Positions 48,049 to 59,973 of a stretch of DNA of 64,000 nucleotides are shown piece after piece. Each line of letters begins with the position of its first letter. The first letter of the stretch is position 1. Source of the DNA: Anthoceros angustus (Eukaryota > Plantae > Anthocerotophyta); assembly GCA_010909165.1 (NCBI GenBank), contig MU008149.1:1-64000 (forward strand). Reading direction: 5' to 3'. The notes below the pieces were generated by a model. The model was given only the letters and a program-made list of their open reading frames with translations, did no database searches and had not been told where the DNA came from. The position numbers were made by a program, and so were the translations under genes.

Positions 48049-50215
48049 AGCGGCGCAAGGTGCTTGAGACGCGTGCGACACGCGGGTCTAAGGACCCCCT
48101 GCCTCGTCGCTCTCACCATGGCTGATGCTTGCTCTGAGCTTTTTGCGAAGCTGCTCTCCTGATAGGCGCTGGATGCAGATAGATGACAATGGCTCACCAT
48201 AACCGTATGTCCCCCGTATGGGACATATGGATAAGGGTTTCGGGATCTTCCCTATTTACGGGAATTATTCCATTTTCCCTTATTTTAAATCCTTTTTAAA
48301 ATTGACTGCTTAAGTTCGTCTTAATGCTTTCAAGCTATTTTCATTTAAGGACTAGTTTCTCCATATTAGTCCATTTTGGCTCCTTTTTAAGCCAAAAAAC
48401 TACCTTATTAATTCACCCTCAGTTCATTGTGAGTAGAAGTGATGAAATAACTTTAGTTTAGGGCACTATTCACTAGGGCACTCTAGACTTAATGATTAAT
48501 TAATTCATAGGGCACTAAGTAGTTTGCTTAGGTAGTTAGTTGTTATATTGGTTATATTGGTTACAATCACTTATGGTTACAACCACCCTTAACCACATCC
48601 TCTATATAAACACTCTTATACTTTCTATTATGCAATGCTACAAGCTCTTTTGCAAGTGCGTGTGTGTGATTTTCATCAGTAGAGGGTTCTGGATTATATT
48701 AACTGGCTCAAGGACATCAAGTTCTTCACCATACTCGGTACGTGCAGTACGTGTTCCAGCACAACTTCGGTGCCATTATTAAGCCTGAATTTGCATTTTC
48801 CATGTCCTTCAAAGCGCAATCTAGTCTTGTTTTGCTCATCGCCAAGTAACACCTTCTCTTTAACCAATCTGAGGTCCAAGACGAAGAAGTGCTCTTTACC
48901 CCTATAGTGCATAGTGGCTCCAGAATCAAGGTACCAGAAGCCATCACTATGCAGAGAGTTGGATAAGCAAATGGTAAGAATTTTTATTGCCGCTTTCACA
49001 TCATCTGCAAGTTGTTTATTCTTAACAGCAATGTTAGCATTAGGTTTGGGTTGCTTTTGTGGCCCAGCTGCCTTGCGTTTTCGATAGTCTCTTGCCCATG
49101 ACCAGCAATTCCGCACCACTTGTTGTTTCTTGATCGTTTTGAAGCATTGCTGGAATCTCCTTCCTACTTAGTGGAGTTCCCTTGTCTAAACTTTGATATG
49201 AAGTTGGCTGCTAACACATTCTTTATTTTGCCCTTAGAAACACCACGAGAGAAAAGTCTGCTTCACTCTTCTTGATACAACGCACCTATCACTTCTTCAA
49301 ATGAGAGGGTGCTCGCACCATTAGAGGCAAGAACCACTTGAGCAGTTCAAATGGGACCATTTTGGCTGGTCACAAAAGTCAAAAATGAGGGGAGGTCAGG
49401 TTAACCGTACAACATCAACTTTACTCGGTGGTGCCACGCCGGTCGCACACGCAAATGGCGAAACGTGATGGTGTAAGCTGCCACTCTATCTCCCTCTCTC
49501 GTTCTCAGCTCGTAAAATTTCTGTCCCACAGCACAAAGGGTGAGGATGTTATTGACTTGATATGTCTTCTCAAGTTGGTTCCAGATTGCGGAGGCTTCTG
49601 TTAGGAATTCCACATTAGGAACCAAGTCTGAGTCCAGGCCTCCCATGAGGAGGACAATAGCAATGCTGTTGAGCTGATCCCATTAATCAATCTACGCTTG
49701 AGTGGGAGGTGGAACTGATTGCGGATTTGGCTTCTGCTTAGAACCATCTACAACGCTCCATACTCCATGAGCGAGCAGAGTCAACTTCACCATGACACGC
49801 CAGACCTAGTACTTGGTACCGTTAAATCTGTCCTTCTCCTTAAGTTCAAAAGTGAAAATGGGCACTGTTGCACTGGTCGAGGTAGTCATCACCACCGATC
49901 TAAGTGAAGGAGGCAAAGAGATTGATTGTAGAGTCAATTGACGTAAGCGATTTGCTAACGCATCGACGTCTACTGCAGATGGTCCGTAGGACATGTGCGT
50001 TATTGAAAACTACGGTTTCAAAACAAGGAGAGGCAAGCCTACTTGTAAGGAGATCACATGGCATGAGTAAATAAACTAAAATGACAAAGTACTTAGACTA
50101 ACCATGCATGGAGGGAAGAGTTTGAAGGGGAGGATAGCTCGGGAGGGGGAGGATAGCTCGGTGGGGGGCAGATACGAACGTATCTGATCCTACTCGAGCT
50201 ACCTCTTCATCAAAC

Positions 50216-53200
50216 CCCTATTAGAAATGGGCACCCTATGTTACACTTTATGTTAAGATTTGGACCCCTGGATGTAACACTCATGTTGCAATTTTGGGGT
50301 CATGTAACACTTTTTGGGCCCCTTGTTACACTTTGGCTTGGAAACCATACCACGGCATTGTTGCAATCATGTTGCAATGGTGTTGCAATTATGTTAAGAT
50401 GAAGTGAGAGGTGGTTTTGCCCTCTCTCAAAATTGCAAAATGATTGCAACATCTAAAGTGTTACAAGAGAGGTCTTGTAACACTTTTGGAGGCTCGAACC
50501 TCCTCCCCATCCACCATTGCCCTTTTACTTTTGCCCTTTGAAATACCACGTTTTACTTGGTAGTTACCACCGATACGCCCTTCAATACGACCATATACAA
50601 ATACTATCAATACATCCTTGTACTATACATGTAGTCTACGGTGATAAATGTAATGTATTATTCTAAGTGCTATACGGTGTATTCAATTTCATATAAAATA
50701 AGTTTGTATATTACGCATACATATTACATGGTCGTACATATTCATGATACGATACTTTGTATTTACTATACGTGTAAATAGCGGCGCCCTTTATACCCCT
50801 ACTTTATAGCATGGGCTTGCGGTTTGTCCTTCCCACGTCAACAATAGCCATCTCCATGGCGCCCAAGAAGATATTGTCCCCACCTATCACCTTATTGTGA
50901 CGCATCACGTGAGGTTATGCCCCTGATTGTGTCAGGAGATTTGGTATGCTTATGCTTTTCGCCTCCATGTAAGGCACTTCCTACTCGTCATCGTGCACCT
51001 ACGAAACTTCCGCCTCCCGTTCGATTCGCAATTTTCTTCTTCCCCTCCACTTGCGTTTGGCCAGGCAAGCTTTGCCACTTCCTCCGCTTCCCCTCCTACA
51101 GGCACATTGCACATACAAACCAGCATGGCGTCATGAGTTATCCAGTTGGGTTTCCACAAGCATCCATTTGCCTTACCTTCCCTCCGGTCCCTCCTCTTTT
51201 CTTACGCCCTTCTTGCTGGACATTTTCCTCTTCCGTCCTCCTTCTTCCGGTATGCAGCCCGTGCCCTTGTCACTTGCCCGCCCGCCTCCTCTACTCCTCC
51301 TCCGTTTTCCTCTTTCGGCCTCCACCCTTTATCACGGTGGCTTGCCTCAATGGGCTCCACTATGCAGTCCATGCTCTCGGCATCCGAGGCAAGGTATGTG
51401 TCTCGCACAAAATTAGGCACATCGTCCTCTTCTGCCTCCTGCTGCGTCCATGTTCTCTGCGTCCCCCCGTCTGTCCCCCGGCCTCCATCTGCATTGGCCT
51501 TTGATATCAAGCACGCATGTTGCCCTCTTAGTCCTCCTTCATTCTCTCTCCCCTCGACATCTCCTCATGTTCGTTCTGCGCCTTTTGCCCCTCCCCAACC
51601 ATGGGCTGCTGGGTGATCCACTCATCTCCTCCGCCACCCGCTCCTCCTAGTCCCCCCTGCGATTTTTGGCTGTCCATAGTGCACACAAGTGTGTTTCTTC
51701 TGGTGATTCGGTTGCCCCTCCGTGCTCCACCACCCGACTCCCCTCCACACACCTTGTTCCCGCCTCCATCGGCGTCCACTCCATCGATCCCAACGGCCTC
51801 CACCCTCCCCATACATGGCCGTCACTGGCGGTCTCGGGCACCCTCCACCTCTTTTCCATTATTTGCTTGCTGCCCACTGACCCTCGTTGCCTCCATTGAC
51901 CCCATTCCGGGCATCGGCTTCCACCAACCCTAGGCGATCGTGGTGTCGCGGGCACCACAATATCGTCCACACTGTCACTCGGTTCCCCCCTCCGCTGCCT
52001 CCCTCCTGCATGCTTCCTCAAGACTACGCCTCACCGTCTCCACTTCCCGCTCCTTGTTCATCGTCGCCTTTCCCCCCATTCAAAGTCCCGTTGTCCCTCG
52101 CCCCCTCTGGCCTCCTTCCTCCCAAGCCCCCTTCCGCGCCATCTGCATTCCTTGATAGCCTCTCGTCGTCCATGTCACCACCTCGTGCACCATCGTTGCC
52201 TCCCACCCCTTCCTTCCGTCGTCTCAGAAAGGCCACCATATCAGGATCCATCTTCAATTCAATGTCGTTAAGCAAAATGGTCATTTCCCTTGTTCTCCTT
52301 GCAATAGCCGAACCTCTAGGATCTTTTCATACACTCCTATCTATCTTTGAAGGAACTCGGGCCGCAGAACCCCACTATCGCCTTTCACGATTTCCATTTC
52401 CATTTCCACTTTCCTTCTAGCAATCGCCACCGCCCCGTCCCTCGAAGGTTGCCTCCCTTGTCTCAAGCTTGAGCATGCCCGTGCACATGTGTTACCCGTT
52501 TGTCCACCATGCCCACTCATCGGCGCAAACTTGAGTGCACACTTTGCCGTCACTTGCCGTTAACGCAGTGCGAAACCCACCTCATCCAGCAATAGCTCTT
52601 CATCTATTTCCTTCACTTCACCGCGCTCCAACTCCGCATCCGTCGGCTGGAGGTTCCACGTCAAAGTCGTCAAAATCAAGTGGGTTCGGCGCCATGTCGC
52701 CTACTCTTATCTCGTGGGTCGAGGAGGCCGCTTCTTCACATCGCCGATGTGAGATGGGCCGCGGTGGATGAGCGAGATAGCCCGAGGCCATTTGGCCCCT
52801 CATCCTCCCCACCCGGATACGGTCCTGCCGGGCGGCCGCCCGTCAATGGTGTTCGCCTTCACGTGACTCCCAAGCTTCACCTCGCCATCCCCCTCCGGTT
52901 GTCCACCACCTTCGTGCCATCAAGGCAATGGCTTCCCTCTCGTGAAAGGTGCGGGCCATGAGTCCAGTGAATTCAAGGCTGCTATTTTGAAAAAGCTTTG
53001 TTTGCAAAGGCCCAGTGGTTGTCATTTACTCCTCTTGGCGGGACGTGCCATTTTGTGCACCATAATCACAATTTTCGACCACAACCGGACTTGGGAGCAA
53101 GTTTCATGTCCCATTGGTTGTCGTTACTCATGATGTATTATATTGGACATCCCAATGCGCCCATTCGCATTTTACCATTAATCATCTTCCACCAAAGATT

Positions 53201-56200
53201 GCCTTGTGCATCCGTGGAGGGAGGAGACAATAGACTATAGCATGCAAACCAATCACCATACATGATTTATTCCACTTTCAGACGCGTGACTCGAGTAGCG
53301 TCGCAGGGTGACTTGTCATGTCGGTCAGCTATGGACGGGCACCAAACCATACCCATCCATTCCGCCAAGCGGACAAAGGCATCGGTTTTATTGCGTGACA
53401 TGGGAAGTACAAGTAGTGATCAAGGATGAAGGACTTTCCCATCCCAATGTTTAATTACGGTAAGCATATGTCCCACATTGTGAGGTATAAACCGTCCACT
53501 CACGGCTGCCGTGCCCCAGGAGAGCAGAGCCAAGGGAGGCCCTCCAGTCCTTGATGGCCGAGGGAGAGCAACCTCCCATCCATCATCCTCGATGGCCATC
53601 GTCATTGAATTGCAGCCCTTGTCCTTAATGGCCATCGTCGGTTTCCACCCACCGAGCAACAATAATGTGCACACACGCAATGATCCACAAGCAGACAGTC
53701 GAGCGGGTGGCGGTTTTGACTTATGGATTCCACAAACACTTTAGCTGCGCATGGACTTGTAGGTAGGCGAATAGGGCCAAAAAGTGTTCACATCCGGCCT
53801 CACAATGAACCCCCAGCCATAGGTGTGGTCACGAACACCATGCACCATGTGGAAGGAACCACCTCGCCACCGAAGCAAGTCCCCACGAGGATAGCCACGA
53901 TGAGGCTCTACTCCACGCCATGAGGCGGTGACACCGCCTCCAACCTTTGCAAAGGATCCTTGATGGCCATCAGATTTCTAGTTGTGAAGATGGAGACATG
54001 AACACACGCCTCGTGGTGCGAACTACCACTCCACGCCCATTTAGGTTTCCGGCGGAAGCTAGCTCGGCATCGTCAACATGTCCATCATACATGGCATAAG
54101 GTAGCAGGAGGCGCCCAGCGCATGTTTCGAAAGGCAGCTCGCCGCGGTGCGAGGATGACCAAGAGAAAGGTAGTAGCGTGAGCGAGGGCAAGGTGGTGAC
54201 ATTTAAAGCGGACCACCACCTTCTCTGACCTCTTGTGCCCCAGCCACATCGGGTTGCGGATGAGAGGATCTTGAATTTCAACTGCCTTACATGTGACAAA
54301 CCAAACATGGCTGATGGTGCCGTCGACCAATGATGATTCAAATGCAATGAGTGTGAAGCCGGCATACCATAAAGGCCGGAATGCAGTTTGTTTTCATGTC
54401 TCCTAAGGGCTGGAAATCCTTTGCGGCAGTGCGGCCATAGTGACGCGTGCCGTCACCCTAGCATGGTGCCGCATTGAATACATTCGTTACGCCATGTGGC
54501 GCATGATTGGTGGAAGCGATGGGAGTCTCGAGCGATGGACATCATTATCTAGGAACGGAATTGGCATATATGGCAAATTCACATACGGACGTCCTTCATT
54601 CATGGCATAATGAAAGGGGCATTTAGTTTGCTTGAATGGCTCTCACGTGCCACCCACCGTCCTTGCACAATGGTGTAGATGTTGATATAGATTATTACCG
54701 AAGCGATTGGAGCAGTAGCGTCATCCTTCAAACGACCGACGTGCATGTTTTCTTCCATGCCATGAGTTTTCAATTATTCTAATGGCTTGCACCCACCTTC
54801 CTTGGACCATGGTGGAGGGAGAATTTTATTTGAGAGAAAGGGAACCATTGTCCTTGGTTCATGGCGGGTTGTAAGATGGCCATGACCTTGTCATGGCATG
54901 GCACTTCCTTGGTCATCGGCCACTCGAAATCGCATTGCAAACACTTGTCCTTGGGTCACGAAATGGTCATAAAAAGCGGGGACTATATATGGCATGCATG
55001 GAGGAATGGCATCGTGGACAAGGAAGGTTTCGTGTTTGACGCGTGCACAAACAATAGAGGAAGGTGGCATGGCAAGGCAGCCATGGCATGGCATGCCACG
55101 TAGTCTTCTTGGATGGAGCAGCGATGAGGATGGGCAGTGGGAGTGGAGGACGAGCGAGTGAGGTGAAGTGGAGATGGCGGATGATGAGGTGGCGATGGAG
55201 GCGGCGAGAGAGGTCCTGGGGGTGGAGGGAGAACTTCCAAGTGGAGAGGTGGAGTCTCTGCAAAGAGGAGGTGCGATCTTTGGAGAGAGACGAGTGGGCG
55301 TAGCGGGGAGTGGGTGTCTCTAATAGGTGGGAGCTAATGGAGACTGCGGAGAGAATCAAAACTTTCGGAGGAGGAATGCGGCCGTGACAGAGGAGGGAGG
55401 AGGAATTTGGCGTGAGTCCGGAGAAAGAGGGCTGTGGTGATCGGGAGGAGCATGGTGGTGCTGCCCAAGAGGCCGACCGTGTGGTGGCGAGAGAGGCCAT
55501 TGGTCTTGTGGACCTTCATTCGGTGGCGATGGACAACAACGTGGGAGGAGGATGCCTGTGGAGGGAGGAGGAAGCTGCCACAGGAGTGAGGCGGTCTCAG
55601 GAGGAGTTGGAGGCGGGCCAAGCGTGCATATGATGGTCGGGAGGACGGTGAGGAGAAGGACACCGGTGGCGATGATGGGAAAGCGCAGGAGGCGGTGGAG
55701 ATGGCGGATGATGAGGTGGACCGACATACCGACTACATTGCCACTACACGAAATTGGAGAATTGATGGGCGGTTGGCGGTAAGCCACTAGCGTCATTGCG
55801 GTGCTGTGCATGGGCGTGGTGGAGTGTACATGGCATGAGCGGTTGATGGAGGTTGGGTGGAGAATGAGGAGTTGGTGGTTGGTGCGGACGTGGTGATATG
55901 TAGGACGTGAGCTCTAAGTGATGTGTGTGCATGACCGGGGAAGAAGGGAAGGAAAGCGGTGGAAGGTGAAGGCCATGTCGAAGGAAGGCATGATACTAGT
56001 GGAGAAGGAAGATGGAGGAAAGGTGGCGTCAGTCAAGTGATGCTGGAGGCAACGTAGATGGTGGGGAACCTGGATGTGGGAGCGGGAGCGCTGGAGAGAT
56101 GGTGGGGAACCTGGATGTGGGAGCGGGAGCACTGGAGAGATGGTGGGGAACCTGGATGGATGAGAGAATGCGGGAGCGCATGCCGAATGCAATCTGGAAA

Positions 56201-57500
56201 ACAACCGTGGCAGGTGGGCCGTTTGTGGAGGGGGAATGTGAATGTTCAGAGCCATTTTCTTGCAGACGCTGGAGTCGCCAGTACGTGGGTGGACCGGTGA
56301 TGGTCAATCAGCAACAAACAGATGGAATTGGTATTCCCACCTTTGTAGCCTAGCATTTACAGGGGTCCTTCGCCGTGAAAGTGGTGATTGAGGCCGCTGG
56401 ATAGGTCTAGGAAGTTGTGGAGGAACCACGAAAACAATGGTGTTGGTCTAAGAGTCACCAAGTGGCGTCGCCGACGCATATGGCCATATCACTTGGAAGA
56501 CGTACATGTTTGTAGATAAAGCCAATTGCATCGGTGGCAACAAAGCCACGATCTTTGAAAAGGGATAGAGGACGCTTGAACTATCCAAAATTCCAATTAA
56601 TTTGTCAATAAAATCAAACACTTATATATGCAAGGTATGAGAGTGACGTAAGGGTTAGCACATACATATTACTATATAAACAAGTCTTGAAGCCTATATA
56701 CGTACATATATGTATACAAAGGAGGCACATATAAGTACACTAATATAATATAAGTATAACAGATGGATGTGTACATATATATGTACATATACTTACACAT
56801 ACTTATGTCTTGAAGCCTAGATACATATATATTTATACAAAGGATATGCAAATGAGGTAAAATAGGAAGGGAAGGACAGCCCCCCTAGGGAGAGAGAGGT
56901 TCTTGTTACAATCATGTTGCAAGAGGAAGAGGGGAAGAGTATAAAATGGTTGTGATAGGGGAGATCCTTCTCACTGTCATGATGGAGGAGGAGAAGTGAA
57001 AGAGTATAAAAAGGGTGTGATAAGGGGAGCAATAACTAGCAGGGTGAGGTGAGAGGAGAAAGACCAAGCATTGTGTTAAGATGGGGTGAGAAGGTGGATA
57101 AGAAATTGACACCCTGACTGAACACCAAGCCACCAAAGAGTGTTGCAATTTTGAAGTGGTACATGAAGTGAGAGACCAAGCATTGTGTTAGGATGGTGGG
57201 AGAAGGAAGAGAAAAATGGACCAACTTAACACCAAGCCATCAAAACATGTTGCAAGTTGGAAGTGTTACATAAAATTGCAACACGGTATAAGGCGGTGGG
57301 GAAATTATTAACAATGCTTGTGAGAGAGGGTGTACCAAGGGTGAGGTGGGAAGAGAGAGTGCAGTTCGTGTTAAGATGGGCACCAAAGCGAGACAGAACT
57401 AACAAACTTAATACCAAGCCTCCAAAACATGTTGCAATGTGGAAGTGTAAGAAAAAATTGCAACATCGACTGTAACATAGGGTGCCCTTTTCTAGTAGGG
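50216..57500. mobile_element. CACTA/CMC-type DNA transposon with CCCTA termini, ~30-bp TIR, 3-bp TSD AAC and subterminal repeats; no recognisable transposase
   Basis: aac|ccctattagaaatgggcaccctatgttaca ... tgtaacatagggtgcccttttctagtaggg|aac; many tgttgcaa/tgttacac/tgtaacac/tgttaaga motifs at 50238-50485 and 56905-57480. Confidence 0.88.
56056..56158. repeat. ~41-bp tandem repeat x 2.5
   Basis: agatggtggggaacctggatgtgggagcgggagc(g/a)ctggag repeated. Confidence 0.85.
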
Positions 57501-59444
57501 AACTTTTCCTAAATGCAAGGGACAAGACTAGACCTAGGCTATGAATCGCTATGTTAGGTACTTGTCGTTTCAAACTAATTGCCAAGTCAGGTTCATGTGA
57601 AGAGGCAAGAAGATGAAAAGCAATCTGCAGGACTTGCGCTAGACTTGTGAATGGGTGCTGCTGCCGATCGTGTCGCTTCAGATCAGTGGCACGACACATG
57701 CTCTTGTTTAAGGCGCTCCCAACTCCGAGGCAACGCAAGCGGGCTCAGAGAACTGATTCCTGTCTGTGAGAAGATGAGCATCCAACATCCGTTTTTTATA
57801 ATCTAATGTTGATTTTTCAAAGGAAATCGGCCACTTCCATGATGCTATGTTTAATCTCTGTTGTGCGCAGGGTTGGTGCAAGCTTAAAAGCCGTATGATA
57901 ATCGCACTCTCTGTTCTTAAGCAACTCCTGATTCAATAGCACACACGATAGGGTCTTCTCCACATGGGTAACGGTAGCGAAAGTCTTGTCAATAGCACTT
58001 AGTATGCGGTCGTTCCCTGGTAGAAAAAGATAAAACTCGCGTGGCGCTGATGCAAGTCTAGGCGCAAGCCGCAAGGATTGTGGCGGCACGTCCGGGCGCT
58101 GATAAAACAAATCTGGATTCTAGCCTCTCCTTCTGCAGCGATCTCGATACAAGACAGTCAGCTTCTCGATGCTTGTTGAGGTAATGAGCTGCTTCTCGTC
58201 GCCCAGAGTGTTTCTCTTCAAATTGCCGTAGCCAGAGCTTGGGATAATCAGTCTCGTAGAGTCTATTGCTGTATCTTTAGGTAGATATTATGGGAGCCCG
58301 GGGTGGATGCATTCCACGACGGTCGCGAATAGATGAACTGACCTAACCAATACCTGTACGAGCATCATCCCGTCTCGGTATGGCAACATAACATCGCAAA
58401 GAAGTAGAGATGAAGCTCTGATACCATGAGAAGCCCTGAACGGGAGCAAGGTCGCAAGAATGAATGAATTAAGATAAAAGTCAAAACTGTTTATGTGCAT
58501 TATATAAATGACCTTTCGTCAATTAAACCCTAGGCCTTGCTAGGAGGTTAAGCGAGGGAAGATTAATTAACCCGTATTCTTGCAAACCTTGACCTCTTAT
58601 ACATTCATGGAACCCAAGGGGGCACACCCTACAACTAGTATAAGGGCTTGCCCTCCACGCAAATTCTAATTGCTCCCTATCGCTTCCTAGGATCTCGCTC
58701 CCTACCTATTCTCAGCGCGTGCCACAAACTATGTAGACGAGTAGGTTCTTATGTTCGTTTAGCCGTGTTCAAACTCGAGTGTTTTAAGCCGATCGGCACC
58801 ATAGGAGAGCCAACAAGCCAACAAAAAAAGGCTTTCGAGTCAGTATTGAGCCAAAGCAATCGGGAAGACCTGTAGGCAAGAAGATAGCAAGGGGGAGGGC
58901 TACAATTGTCAATATCAAGGAAGTGAAGGTGGCACAGGCACAAGAAGAAAGACAGGCAAAAAGATCTTCAAGCTCACAGAAAAGGAGGTGGACTGAAGAA
59001 TCCAACCCCGTGAACTCCAAGGCTACTTACTTACATTTCCTCCTCAGAAAACATTTGATGTGCAAACCTACTGACCTTTTCTCCTTACTCGTGGCATCCA
59101 AGCAACTTGCTCTGTTTTGCACAACTCTTGCTCGCTTGCGTAACTCGTAAGGGGATCAAACGCTTAAAGGCAATTTGAGCTCTAATAAAGGAATCTCATA
59201 CTTTTTGGACTGAGCCAAGAGTAAGGGGAGAGATTTGGACCCCATATTTTAGCACCTTACATGATAGAGGGAATGACCAACATAGTAAAAAATTGTTTCC
59301 CGTATGCAGAATATCATCATGTTTAAAACTCAAGGTTAGTATCCAAAATATCATCGTATATAAAACACGGATGAGAGCACAAGCGGAACAAAGCTCATCC
59401 CCTCGATAGCACGAGAGCACAAGCATAGCAAAGCCCATCCCCCC

Positions 59445-59647
59445 TTGGCCAAATGGATATACATTTATAAGAACGCCGTGATTAAGCATCTTGAGCTTGG
59501 ATCCGTACTTAGATGGGGTGCTTAAAGGGAGTGGATGCCCTTGGTGCAAGTAGCTTAGGCACACCATGATACAAGTTATTAAGTACCAAGTCCCATGATG
59601 GAAACCCGTCCTTAGTGGACTTAAATAAAATTCTTCTTCTTCTTCTT
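59445..59647 (+). mobile_element. 3' end of the same non-LTR retroelement family, ~330 bp upstream of the PRP22 ATG; body may extend left to ~58700
   Basis: Homologous to 44200-44412; AATAAA + (TTC)n tail. Confidence 0.75.
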
Positions 59648-59973
59648 GGTAGCGCGAGAGCACAGGCGGAGCAAAGCACAAAGCACAAATAGTAAGACAA
59701 GAAACACGATAGCACGAGAGCAAGGCACAAATAGTAACACCAATAAACAGAGTAGGAGCGGACCACTTCGGCATCGACAGCAATGCCCGCGACCACTGTT
59801 TTATCCACCTACGTATTGTGATAAATTAGGTTCTTACCTACTGAGTTAGGTCCTTATAAGTGTATATGTATACCAAGTCGACCGGTGTCGACTGTAAGTT
59901 CGTGACGGGACCCCGACCTAGAGTAACTCGAAAGGCTGGCAATAGTCTTGAGGTGGCGAGCCAGACAGCAGCC

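Larger units (their letters stand above)
48694..58603 (-). mobile_element. Copia element ('family D') 5' half: LTR (~58427-58603), PBS (58415-58426), long leader split by the CACTA-like element, gag (49994-49100), protease (~48950-48694)
   Basis: gctctgatacca|tgagaag; FELKEKDRFNGTKY; ASAIWNQLEKTY...FYELRTREGD; FWYLDSGATMH; VLEHVLHVPSMVKNLMSLSQL. Outer LTR end approximate. Confidence 0.8.

Noticed and set aside
59860-59973. 38-aa N-terminal extension of PRP22 from the ORF track
   Set aside because: Track start is GTG; family similarity begins at the ATG at 59974, which has a strong GCCATGG context.
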